From Chloroflexota bacterium (GTDB lineage Bacteria; Chloroflexota; JAJPGV01): a DNA stretch of 47,814 nucleotides. Below the pieces are notes generated by a model. It saw only the letters and a program-made list of their open reading frames with translations. It was not told the origin of the DNA and ran no database searches. A program made the translations under genes and the position numbers. The stretch covers positions 1 through 47,814 of the forward strand of contig DATKQD010000013.1 of assembly GCA_035532895.1 (NCBI GenBank), read 5' to 3'. Shown here in pieces: positions 35,707 through 44,853 of this stretch (positions within the stretch are counted from its first letter, which is position 1; each line of letters begins with the position of its first letter).

Positions 35707-37812
35707 GTGCAAAGCCTGCTGGCGGAGGCGCAGACCGATGCGGAGGCAGGGGCCCACGGCGTGCGCATCTCGGGTACCCAGCGCACGGTGCTGTGCTGCC
35801 TGGGAATGGCGCTGTTGCTGCTTGCCTTCTACTGGCGCTTCATCACCAGCCAGCCGCAGCTAGCCTACACCTTCAGCGACTTTACGAATATCTATTGGCC
35901 ACTTCACGCTTTCGACGTTCGGGAGTGGCTGGCAGGCCGTGTCCCGCTGTGGAACGACTCCATCTTCGGGGGTGAGCCGCAGCTCGCGAATCTAGCGGCA
36001 GGCGTCTTCTATCCCCTCTCGATCGTCGAGTTGTTGCTGCACGGCCACGGGTCGGTGATGTCCGGGCTGTACATACGCCTGTGGCTGGACAGCACGGTAG
36101 CTGCGCTGAGCCTGTTCGCGCTGCTGCTGCATTGGACCGGCAGCCGCGCGGCGGGGCTGCTGGCCGGGCTCACTTTCAGCCTCAGCAGCTTCCTCACGGG
36201 CTTTGCCTCCATGCAGGTGGTGCTCCTGGAATCGCTGGTGTGGCTGCCCCTGGGCGTGCTGTGCCTGGATCGCGCCCTCACGGGCAAGCGCCGCGTCGCG
36301 TGGGCGATTCCGGCCGGCTGGTGCTTTGGCGTCTGCATCCTGGCTGGATACCCGCAGATGGCGTTGCTGGTCGTGCCCGTGGTGCTGTTCCAGAGCCTCT
36401 GTCGCTGGTGGACAGGGGCTGCACCCTGGCCCGCCGTGATCCGCATTGTCGTGGTAAGCGGGCTGTGCGCCGTCACGCTCAGCGCTATCCAACTGGTGCC
36501 GGCGGCCGAGCTGTTCTGGAACTCCAACCGCGATACGGGGGCTGTGGGCGTGGGTTCCGGCTATCACCTGAACAATCTGCTGGGCCTGCTGATGCCGGAC
36601 GCCGCTGGCGACAAGGGGCTGTACGTGGGCCTGCTGCCGCTGGCACTGGCTGGAGCGGCGCTTCTGTCGCGCAAGCGGCAGGCGTTAGCATGGACCTGGC
36701 TGGCACTGGCGGGTACCGGCTTTCTGATCGCCATGGGCAACAGCACGCCGCTGTACGGCCTGCTCTTTGCGCACCTGGGCTTCGGGCTCTTTCGCGGCCA
36801 AGGTCGGGTGGTGGGGCTCACCGCGCTGTCGCTGGCGGTGCTGGGCGGGCTTGGCCTGGCTGAGGTGCTCCAACGGCTGCGCGAGCGCGCCGGCCGCCAC
36901 GATGTGTGGATCGGCGTGCTGGCACTGGTCGTGGCAGCCGCGAACCTGCTGTACGTGAACTGGGGTAACGATTGGCCGGAAAGCTTCACTCCTTTCATCA
37001 GCCTGCCACCGGGCCTGGGGGCGACACTGACGCGTGACCAGCAGCGCGAGCCAATGCGTTTCGCTGTGGATCAGGAGGGGCTGTTTCCGCCGAACGAAGC
37101 TTTCCTGCTTGGCCTGCAGACTATGAACGGGGACATCGATTTCATCCCCCAGCGTACGGATGAGCTGATGCGGCAGGTGGACTCGTGGCGGCAGTTTCAG
37201 CTCTTCAACGTGCGCTGGCTGCTCACCAGCCACAAGGTGCAGAGTCCTGGGTTCGCGGCTGTGCCTACAGGGTCCGGCGCGCCCATCCTGTACCGCATGA
37301 AGTATCCGTTGCCTCGCGCCTACGTGGTGTGGTCCGCGCGCCAGGCCAGCAGCCCGGCCGCCGCGCTGGCCGACGTCAAGGACAGCGCCCTCGACCCGGG
37401 TACCACCGTGGTGCTGGAGGCGCCGCTTGCGCAACCACTGGTGGCTCCGGCGGATCGGAGCCAGTCCATCACGGTGGCATCACCGAATCCTCAAGAAGTA
37501 GACATTCGTGCCGGCATCCACGGCGCTGGATTTCTGGTGCTGAGCTACGCTTACTACCCTGGCTGGTTGGCGACGATCGATGGCCAGCCAGCCCGTCTCG
37601 CGCGGGCCGACTTCGCCTTTGAGGGGCTGCCCCTTCCGGCCGGCCAACATCTGGTGCAGTTGTTGTACCGGCCGCGCTCGTTTACGCTGGGCGCCGCGAT
37701 TTCAATTGGGAGCGTGCTGCTGCTGCTCGGTTGGCTGGTGATGGATGCTCGCCTGCGTGGCTCGGCGTCGGCCGGCTATGCGCTGCGTGAATTTGAGGAT
37801 GACGCGACGTAG
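35707..37812 (+). CDS. YfhO-family polytopic membrane protein (GT-C-type glycosyltransferase)
   Basis: N-terminus WPLHAFDVREWLAGRVPLWNDSIFGGEPQLAN...FYPL, many TM segments, then a soluble C-terminal beta-rich domain. The start is uncertain. Confidence 0.7.
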   Translation: MQSLLAEAQTDAEAGAHGVRISGTQRTVLCCLGMALLLLAFYWRFITSQPQLAYTFSDFTNIYWPLHAFDVREWLAGRVPLWNDSIFGGEPQLANLAAGVFYPLSIVELLLHGHGSVMSGLYIRLWLDSTVAALSLFALLLHWTGSRAAGLLAGLTFSLSSFLTGFASMQVVLLESLVWLPLGVLCLDRALTGKRRVAWAIPAGWCFGVCILAGYPQMALLVVPVVLFQSLCRWWTGAAPWPAVIRIVVVSGLCAVTLSAIQLVPAAELFWNSNRDTGAVGVGSGYHLNNLLGLLMPDAAGDKGLYVGLLPLALAGAALLSRKRQALAWTWLALAGTGFLIAMGNSTPLYGLLFAHLGFGLFRGQGRVVGLTALSLAVLGGLGLAEVLQRLRERAGRHDVWIGVLALVVAAANLLYVNWGNDWPESFTPFISLPPGLGATLTRDQQREPMRFAVDQEGLFPPNEAFLLGLQTMNGDIDFIPQRTDELMRQVDSWRQFQLFNVRWLLTSHKVQSPGFAAVPTGSGAPILYRMKYPLPRAYVVWSARQASSPAAALADVKDSALDPGTTVVLEAPLAQPLVAPADRSQSITVASPNPQEVDIRAGIHGAGFLVLSYAYYPGWLATIDGQPARLARADFAFEGLPLPAGQHLVQLLYRPRSFTLGAAISIGSVLLLLGWLVMDARLRGSASAGYALREFEDDAT

Positions 37813-38351
37813 ATGACGTTGAGCCCCAGCTCAAAGCGCACGCGCCGGTTGAGTTGAAAGCCAGCGCCAGCCAGCAGCGCTTGCATCTCGCGCGGCCATA
37901 GGCCCGGCCGCTCGCCGTGGGCGACATGGCGGTGCTGTGCCTCGTCCGCATGGCCAATGGCCCCGTGGATGAGGACGCCGACTACCGGGTCGATCATCGT
38001 CACCAGCAGCCGCCCTTGGGGAACCAGCACGCGGTGGCACTCGGCCAGGCAGGCCTCCCGCTCCGCGATGTGGTTGAGGCAGGCGAGAAGTGAGACGGTG
38101 CCGAAGGTACTGGAACCAAAGGGGAGCGCGGGTGCATCGGCCACAGCATCGACACCTGCCCAAGCGGTAAAGTCCGTTCCGAGACCGATGCCTCCCGCCA
38201 GCCGGTAATTTCGCACCAGGTCATTGCTGCCGCAGCCTACGTCCAGCAGGCGGCCCTCAACCCAGGGCAGGCAGGCCTGCCATCGCCAGGCATTTACGCG
38301 CCGCAGCAGCTCGGCGCCCGCGGCCTCACGCAGCCGGGCCACACTGCTCAC
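37776..38351 (-). CDS. Class I SAM-dependent methyltransferase
   Basis: Motif I LLDVGCGSNDL. Overlaps the GT2 stop by 4 nt. Its 3' end overlaps the convergent YfhO gene by 37 nt. Confidence 0.75.
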   Translation of the reverse strand: MSSVARLREAAGAELLRRVNAWRWQACLPWVEGRLLDVGCGSNDLVRNYRLAGGIGLGTDFTAWAGVDAVADAPALPFGSSTFGTVSLLACLNHIAEREACLAECHRVLVPQGRLLVTMIDPVVGVLIHGAIGHADEAQHRHVAHGERPGLWPREMQALLAGAGFQLNRRVRFELGLNVIYVASSSNSRSA

Positions 38352-39022
38352 GCCAGGAAGCGCCAGCGCAACATGGTCAGCAGCGCTTGCAGGCCATCGC
38401 GCCAGCCGATCTTCTTGCCCTCGTCGCGCGTGCGCGGCGCGTAACCGATGGGCACCTCCACAATGATCTCGCCGCGCCGCAGCAGCTTGGCGGTGACCTC
38501 CGGCTCGAACTCGAAACGCTCAGCGGTGAGCGGCGTGGCCAGGATGACCTCCGTGCGGAACATCTTGTAGGCCGTTTCCATGTCCGTGAGCTGGCAGCCG
38601 AAGAGCACGTTGAAGATGTGGGTTATGGCGCGGTTCACCAGGCGTGTCCCGCGACGCATATTTGCCGGCGAACCCTTGAAGCGCGATCCGTACACGACGT
38701 TGGCTCCCTGGCGGATGGGTTCCAGCATGCGGTGGTACTCCTCAGGGTCCAATTCCAGGTCGGCATCTTGAATCACCACCACGTCGCCCTGCACGTGCCG
38801 CAGACCCTCGCGCACGGCGGAACCCTTGCCGCTGTTCACTGGCAGGTGGATCACTTGCAGGTTGCTGCCGTGGTGCCCATCCAGCAGGTCGGCGGTTCCA
38901 TCGGTCGAACCGTCATCCACGACGATGATCTCTTTCTCAAGGTCGACACTCTGGACCTTGTCGATCACCTCGCGGATGGTCTGATGCTCGTTGTACACGG
39001 GGATGATCACCGAGAGCTTCAT
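38348..39022 (-). CDS. Family 2 glycosyltransferase (polyprenyl-phosphate sugar synthase, GtrB/CsbB/DPM1-like)
   Basis: Motifs: MKLSVIIPVYNE, VVDDGSTDGT, VIQDADLELDP. Confidence 0.85.
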   Translation of the reverse strand: MKLSVIIPVYNEHQTIREVIDKVQSVDLEKEIIVVDDGSTDGTADLLDGHHGSNLQVIHLPVNSGKGSAVREGLRHVQGDVVVIQDADLELDPEEYHRMLEPIRQGANVVYGSRFKGSPANMRRGTRLVNRAITHIFNVLFGCQLTDMETAYKMFRTEVILATPLTAERFEFEPEVTAKLLRRGEIIVEVPIGYAPRTRDEGKKIGWRDGLQALLTMLRWRFLA

Positions 39023-39046
39023 GGGCCTGGGCAGCCTAACACGAAC

Positions 39047-41722
39047 TCACAGGGAGAGCGGACGCTGGAGCCGGTGTACCCAACTATTGGGGCCGTTGAC
39101 CAGCGGCATCCGTTGCCCGGTCTTGAGCTGGTACAGTCCAACCTCGACGGAGCGGGCGCTGGGCGGGATCACCAGAGGGTGGCGGTCGATGACCACCTGG
39201 CCCGGCCGCCAGGCCGAGGTGGGCCAGTTGCCGCCACCTGGTTGCGCATCATTCTGCGCAACCAGGTGGCCGCTGGCATCCAGCGCATGCACGAACACGG
39301 TTTCATCGGTGGCCAGTGGCCGCGCATCCCGCCAGGTCAACGTCACACCCTGGGCGTCGACGGCGAACCCGATGAGCTGGAGGGTTCCGAAATCCGCCAG
39401 CGTCGGCCCTGGCTGTGGCGCGGCCCTCACAATCCGAAAGAGGGCCGACCCATGGCCCCGCTCCTGTGTCAAGCGCGGGCGGTAGGAATACAGGCCGATA
39501 TCCAGCCGGTACAGCCCGCTGGGCGCGGTCGCCGGTACCGTGATCTGGTGCACGTCCCGCAGTAGATCGCCCGCTTGCCAGGTGGCTGTGGGGTTTGTGC
39601 TGTCCCAGCGACTGTGGTCCGGGTGGAGTGCGGTAGGCAGCCCATCGGCTACAAAGATGGGGCGGTTCGTGCGGTCGATGGCGGCGTGCAGCCACACGGT
39701 GTAGCTGGCGTGGGGTGCATGGTTGACGCGCCAGGTGAGGACCGCCGGGAACGTTTCCCCTGGCGCGACCTGGTCCGGCAGCTGAATGCCGGCCAGCGTG
39801 ATGTCGGCGTTTATGGCCGTGGCCTTACCGCTGGCCTGGGCCGCGAGCGCGCTGGGGATGGCTGTACCGGCAGCGATGAACAGCGCCAGTGCAGCCAGGA
39901 GCAGCCGCTGGTGCTGGCGGAACGGCGCCAGCAGCGCGACGGCGGCGAACGGCAGCAGCAGCAGGTACATCATGAGCGTGATGCGCATGCCGTACGCGAG
40001 CAGTCCAAAGGTGAGGTTCGCTGCCAGCTGGGTGAGAACGAAGGTCAAGAGCGCCGCGCGACCAGCGAGGAACGGTTTGCGGCGCGTTAGCGCCAGCGCT
40101 GCCAGCAGGAGTGGCCACAGCAGGAAGAGGCCCAGGTCCGTCGTCAGCCCCAACCAGGACCACGTCTCCGGCAGACCCAGCACGGGCAACGACCCTGGCT
40201 CGACCCGCCGCCGAATCGCCTCCAGCAGCAGCGCCGGCGCGGCCAGGAGTCGCCCGGCGGCGCCAGCGCCCGCCCCGACGCTGGCTGGCAGCTGGTGCTT
40301 CACGACGAGGTCCACCATGCCGGCCGCCGGCAGCCACACCAGCTGGCCGGAGGCAAGCCAGTTGCGCGCCAGGATAATGGCCAGCGCCGCGGCGGCGGCC
40401 AGCGCGAAGGGCAGCAGCGAGCGGCGCCGGAAGAGCAGCAGCCCCAGCGCGGCGAGGCCCACGAAGGCCAGCACCGTGGCGCGCGCATCGGCGGCCAGCC
40501 CGAGCAGTACGCCTGCGCCTCCGGCGAGCCAGATCGATGTGCGGACGTAGGTGCGTTCGTACAGCAGGAGGCCACCAGCCAGCAGAGGGTAGGCCAGGTT
40601 CTCCGTAAGCAGGAGGTCCGCGTACTGCAGCAGGTACTTTTGCTCGATCCACAGGTAGAGCAACGCCGTCACCGCCGCCGGCCCGTTACCGAACACATCG
40701 CTGGCCAGGGCGCACAGCAGTGCGCCCGTGGCCGCCAGCAGCACGTACTGCAAGAAGAGCACGCCGCCGATGCTGCCGCCGGTGAGCATATGGGCCAGGG
40801 CAACGAAGTAGGCGTAGAAGGATTGGAAGTACAGCGGTTGCCCTTTGAACAGCGGCAGCCCGCCATTCATGAGCCAGCCGTGTTGGGCAATATCGCGCGC
40901 CTCAGACGCGTAGGTCAGCCAGTCCTGCCCGGCGGCCAGCGGCGGAAAGGTCCCCGCGCGCGGCCAGGTGCGCACGTATCCCTGCGCCACGATCAGCAGA
41001 AAGAGACCGCTGCCCCAGCCCAGCCGCACGCTGGCCAGCCCTGGCAGCAACGCCAGCGCAAACACGAGGGCGAGCACGTCCTGGACGATTCGAACGGCGT
41101 TCCCCAGCGCGATCCGCCAGCTCGGGTAGGAGTGCGGATACAGCGCGGTCGCGCCGACGAGCTGCAGGGAGGCGTGGGGGCCCCACGCTTTGCTGAAGCT
41201 GATGATGCTGATCCCGGCCCTTGTTCGCAGCTTCGCCGTCTGGTTTGTGACCAGCCGCGGCTGGCCCACGATCACACCCTGCCAGCGAACTGAGAACGGC
41301 AGCTGCCAGCGGTCCGGTGGTTCCACGTTGAAGCGCGGCACCTCGTTGAAGAAGTCCAGCGGGAAGGTTCCATCGGCAAAGGTGATGCGCTGGTCCACCT
41401 GCGTCTGTGCCACGGCTCCGCTGAAGTTGGCTGCGGCGTAGTAGGTGCCCACCAGCCCCCGCTGAATGGTTGCCGGCCAGAGCACCAACTTGGCGAGAAC
41501 GAGGGTGGCCAGCACCACACAGGCCCACCGCTCGGGCCGCCCCAGGACAGCCGCCAGTCCGGCGGCCAGCAGCAGCGGCGCGGCGACCCGGAAATCCACC
41601 GGCAGCCCGGGCAGAAACGAGTCCTGGTCAGCCGGGACCAGCACGAACGCCAGGGCCAGCGCCGCGTAGGCCGCGGCGAGCATCAGGCGGCGCATCTTCC
41701 CAGGTGGCGCGGCTGCAAGCAC
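39047..41722 (-). CDS. Large GT-C membrane glycosyltransferase (ArnT/PMT_2-like) with a PA14-like insert and duplicated C-terminal beta domains
   Basis: Loop motif DWLTYASEARDIAQHGWL. More than 10 TM segments. PA14-like segment: GLVGTYYAAANFSGAVAQTQVDQRITF...FSVRWQGVI. Two similar C-terminal modules (..TWQAGDLLRD...GLYRLDIGLY.. and ..SAWRPGQVVID...VEVGLYQL..). Confidence 0.7.
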   Translation of the reverse strand: MLAAAPPGKMRRLMLAAAYAALALAFVLVPADQDSFLPGLPVDFRVAAPLLLAAGLAAVLGRPERWACVVLATLVLAKLVLWPATIQRGLVGTYYAAANFSGAVAQTQVDQRITFADGTFPLDFFNEVPRFNVEPPDRWQLPFSVRWQGVIVGQPRLVTNQTAKLRTRAGISIISFSKAWGPHASLQLVGATALYPHSYPSWRIALGNAVRIVQDVLALVFALALLPGLASVRLGWGSGLFLLIVAQGYVRTWPRAGTFPPLAAGQDWLTYASEARDIAQHGWLMNGGLPLFKGQPLYFQSFYAYFVALAHMLTGGSIGGVLFLQYVLLAATGALLCALASDVFGNGPAAVTALLYLWIEQKYLLQYADLLLTENLAYPLLAGGLLLYERTYVRTSIWLAGGAGVLLGLAADARATVLAFVGLAALGLLLFRRRSLLPFALAAAAALAIILARNWLASGQLVWLPAAGMVDLVVKHQLPASVGAGAGAAGRLLAAPALLLEAIRRRVEPGSLPVLGLPETWSWLGLTTDLGLFLLWPLLLAALALTRRKPFLAGRAALLTFVLTQLAANLTFGLLAYGMRITLMMYLLLLPFAAVALLAPFRQHQRLLLAALALFIAAGTAIPSALAAQASGKATAINADITLAGIQLPDQVAPGETFPAVLTWRVNHAPHASYTVWLHAAIDRTNRPIFVADGLPTALHPDHSRWDSTNPTATWQAGDLLRDVHQITVPATAPSGLYRLDIGLYSYRPRLTQERGHGSALFRIVRAAPQPGPTLADFGTLQLIGFAVDAQGVTLTWRDARPLATDETVFVHALDASGHLVAQNDAQPGGGNWPTSAWRPGQVVIDRHPLVIPPSARSVEVGLYQLKTGQRMPLVNGPNSWVHRLQRPLSL

Positions 41723-41771
41723 AGCCCCCTATGATAGGCGGCCACGGTTCCCCCAGCGGCTATCCTTCGGC

Positions 41772-42500
41772 GTGGTGGTCACCATCGAGGTACTGTGTGC
41801 CGTGGCGGCCGCGCTCGGGCTCGCTGGCGCATTTTCTCTCTGGCGTAGCGCGCCCTGGGTGGCGGCAGGCCTAATGATTGGCGGCCTGGCGGCCATCGCC
41901 TATGCCGTGGCAATGACGGGCAGCGGCACGGCGTTTCGCGTGTACTACGCGCTGGGTGCGAGCATGTTTCCGGGGCTGGTGGGCGCCGGCTGCTGCTGGC
42001 TGGCCTTCAGCCCACGACTCGCCCGCTGGCCTTCGCTCTTCGTGCTGCTGCTGTGCTTGGCTCAGCTGGCGCTCACTCTGCCGGCGCATGTCAACGCCGC
42101 GGTCTTAATGGCCCTCGCTGGCGGCAATGGCGCTGGTGTGCTGGTGATGGGGCCGTGGGTAGTCCCTACCGTGCTCTTCAACACGTTTGGCCTTGGCTTT
42201 GCGCTCGTTTCGGCGCTGGCCGCGTGGTGGCGGGCGTTCCGAGGCCAGCAGGTGCGCATGGCCGCGCTGGCCATTGGGCTGTCCCTGGTGGTCCTGGGTA
42301 TCCTGTCTCGCTCCGATGGCGTATACCAGGCTCTGTCGCAGGTCGGTGGCCGGTCGGTGTTTCCTCTGCTCGATGCCGTGGCCTTCGCCTTGGTGTGGCT
42401 GGGCGTGCTGGCCACGCGAGCGCTGGTGAGCCCGCTCAGCCGGGCTGCCCGACAGCCGGCGTCAGTATCGCCATCTCCCTCTGAGCGAGGCCGGGGGTGA
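41772..42500 (+). CDS. Hypothetical multi-pass membrane protein
   Basis: 6-7 hydrophobic segments; GTG start; no family recognised. Confidence 0.5.
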   Translation: MVVTIEVLCAVAAALGLAGAFSLWRSAPWVAAGLMIGGLAAIAYAVAMTGSGTAFRVYYALGASMFPGLVGAGCCWLAFSPRLARWPSLFVLLLCLAQLALTLPAHVNAAVLMALAGGNGAGVLVMGPWVVPTVLFNTFGLGFALVSALAAWWRAFRGQQVRMAALAIGLSLVVLGILSRSDGVYQALSQVGGRSVFPLLDAVAFALVWLGVLATRALVSPLSRAARQPASVSPSPSERGRG

Positions 42501-42694
42501 GGATGGACTGGCACGAACTCTCCTGGAGGCGGTGCGCCGGCTCACTTCTCGGGCAGCACGTCCCGTCCGTCGCTCACCGGCCGCCAGTGGACCGGCCCTC
42601 CCACCTTGTCTCTCCCGGTCGGCAGCGGAAGAGCACCCGAACCGTGGGCGGGCGACCAACGGCGCCCGAGGCTACTGCCTCCTTTGGTGGTGCG

Positions 42695-43609
42695 CTATGT
42701 ATCTGTTGGGCGCGGCCGGTTCTGGCGCAGGAACTCTTCTAGGGACCGTACCAGTGTCTCGCCACTGGGGAAGTCGTCCGCGGGCGTGGTGCCCTCCTCA
42801 GGCTCGTCCTCCAGGTGCTCCTTGCTTTCGCGCTCGCGCACGTAGTCTCGCAGCTGCGCGTTGGCGTTCACGGCGTCAGTCACCTGCTCCTCAAACCGGC
42901 GCGACGCCACCTCCAGGCTTCTGAGGTCCAGGTCGAAGCGCAGCAGGTCGCGCAGATGGCGGAGCATGGAAGTCACGACTTTGGGGTTGGGTGTGGTGGG
43001 AATGTAGTGCGGTACGGAGCCCCAGATGGACATCGAGTGGATGCCATCCTGCGTGCAGCGATCTGAGAGGGCGCTGGTGATGCCTGTGGGCCCCTGGTAG
43101 CGGGACGAGCCGATGTTCAGTAGGCGCATTCGGTCGCGCAGCTCGGGGCTGTTGCTGGATCCGGTGAGCTGCACCGGTGTGCTGTGCACCACCTCCGCGA
43201 TCAGCGCGCCCACCGTCACCACATCGGTAACGCCGAGCTCCTGGGCCACGGACGAGATGGCGGAGGTGTAGGTACGCCAGCGGGTGTTGGGCTCCACGCC
43301 CACGAACAGCACAAAATCGCGCGGCTGATCGGGCGCTTGATAGAAGTAGAAGTCGTTAGCGGGCCACTCGATGGTGCGGTTGAAGTGCTCGTCCACGGTC
43401 ACGGTTGGCCGGTGCATGGAGAAGTCGTAGAACTCCTCGGGATCGATGGTCGCGAACTTTCCCGCGGACCACTGCTCGATGAGCAGGCGCACGGCGGACG
43501 TCGCGCAGGACGCGGCATCGCTCCAGCCGGCGAAAGCGGCGATCATGGCCGGGTTGCGGAGCTCTGGATGCTCCGCGATCAGCACGCTTTCAGCGGCCTT
43601 TTTCTCCAT
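42695..43609 (-). CDS. PAC2-family protein (bacterial proteasome-assembly-chaperone-2-like fold)
   Basis: AMIAAFAGWSDAASCATSA...IDPEEFYDFSMHRPTV...VLFVGVEPNTRW...VVTVGALIAEVVHSTPV matches the PAC2 pattern. ATG at 43609 is in frame. Confidence 0.8.
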   Translation of the reverse strand: MEKKAAESVLIAEHPELRNPAMIAAFAGWSDAASCATSAVRLLIEQWSAGKFATIDPEEFYDFSMHRPTVTVDEHFNRTIEWPANDFYFYQAPDQPRDFVLFVGVEPNTRWRTYTSAISSVAQELGVTDVVTVGALIAEVVHSTPVQLTGSSNSPELRDRMRLLNIGSSRYQGPTGITSALSDRCTQDGIHSMSIWGSVPHYIPTTPNPKVVTSMLRHLRDLLRFDLDLRSLEVASRRFEEQVTDAVNANAQLRDYVRERESKEHLEDEPEEGTTPADDFPSGETLVRSLEEFLRQNRPRPTDT

Positions 43610-43649
43610 GGCTTGTATGGTAGCAGTGCGGCTCGGGGCGGGGGATCGC

Positions 43650-44786
43650 TCAGGTGCGCCGCCGCAGGAAGGCCGGCACGTCCAGGTCGGCCGCGGAGGG
43701 CAGGTCGCGCGGCAGCGGCGCGCTTCTGGGGGCACTGGTTGGGCTCGAGGGCCGCGCCACCCGCTCACCTTCTGGCCGGGCGGCGGGGGCATGGTAGGCC
43801 GCCCGTGCCTCGGCGTTGTAGTCGGCCGCGAAGCCGGTGGCGATGAGGGTGATCTTCAGCAGGCCCTCGAGGCGCGGGTTCAGGACTGTGCCGAAGATGA
43901 TGTTGGCCCGCGGATCCACCACCTCGGCCACCACCTGCGCCGCTTCCTCTACCTCAGAGAGGGCGAGATCGCTGCCCCCGCTGATGTTCAGCAGCACCCC
44001 TTTGGCGCCGGCGATGGATGCTTCCAGGACCGGGCTCTCGATGGCGGCTTGCGCGGCCAGCTTGGCTCGGCTGGGACCGCTGGCCTCGCCCAGGGCCATG
44101 AGGGCGGACCCGGCATTCTTCATGATGGCCTGCACGTCCGCGAAGTCCAGGTTGATTACTCCGGGGATGAGCACCAGGTCGGCGATGCCCTGAATGCCCT
44201 GGTGCAGCACACCATCCGCCAGCCGGAAGGCGTCCAGCATGGACGTATTGCGCCCGGCCAGCTTCAGCAGCCGCTCGTTGGGTACCACGATCAGCGCATC
44301 TACCGCCTCCCGCATGCGCAGCAGGCCCTCTTCAGCCGAGCGCGCTCGGCGGGCGCCCTCCCAGGAAAATGGGCGAGTGACCACGCCCACTGTCAGCGAG
44401 CCCCCGCCGCGGGCGATCTCCGCCACTACTGGCGCAGCGCCGGTGCCCGTGCCGCCGCCCATGCCGGCGGTTACGAATACCATCTGCGCGCCGTTCAGCG
44501 CAGTTTTGATTTCGGTGGCGCTTTCGTGCGCCGCGCGCTCGCCCACCTCGGGCTGGCCACCGGCGCCCAGCCCCTTGGTAACCCGGCGGCCGATCTGAAT
44601 GCGGTGCGACGAGAGCGAGTGGTTGAGCGCCTGCTGATCGCTGTTCATGGCGATGAAGTCGATGCCCCGCACGTCCGACTCGATCATGCGGTTCACAGTG
44701 TTATTGCCACCGCCGCCTACGCCCACGACCTTGATCTCGGTGAAGCCTTTGGCGGCCGGTACCTCATGTTGCTCGCGATCCAGCAT
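43650..44786 (-). CDS. ftsZ: Cell division GTPase FtsZ
   Basis: Motifs IKVVGVGGGGNNTVNRM and tubulin signature GGGTGTGAAPV. C-terminal peptide DLDVPAFLRRR. ATG at 44786 is preferred; an alternative GTG at 44861 overlaps the parA-like stop. Confidence 0.93.
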   Translation of the reverse strand: MLDREQHEVPAAKGFTEIKVVGVGGGGNNTVNRMIESDVRGIDFIAMNSDQQALNHSLSSHRIQIGRRVTKGLGAGGQPEVGERAAHESATEIKTALNGAQMVFVTAGMGGGTGTGAAPVVAEIARGGGSLTVGVVTRPFSWEGARRARSAEEGLLRMREAVDALIVVPNERLLKLAGRNTSMLDAFRLADGVLHQGIQGIADLVLIPGVINLDFADVQAIMKNAGSALMALGEASGPSRAKLAAQAAIESPVLEASIAGAKGVLLNISGGSDLALSEVEEAAQVVAEVVDPRANIIFGTVLNPRLEGLLKITLIATGFAADYNAEARAAYHAPAARPEGERVARPSSPTSAPRSAPLPRDLPSAADLDVPAFLRRRT

Positions 44787-44853
44787 GCGCGATACGATGC
44801 CCGGCTGCTGGCCAAGTCCCTGCAGGCGATTGGGATCGAACCCCTTGCGCCGC

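Noticed and set aside
42668-42685. Short GAGGC-tact-GCCTC hairpin followed by CTTT between the convergent membrane-protein and PAC2 genes, considered as a possible terminator.
   Set aside because: The stem is only 5 bp and the U-tract is poor, which is too weak to call.
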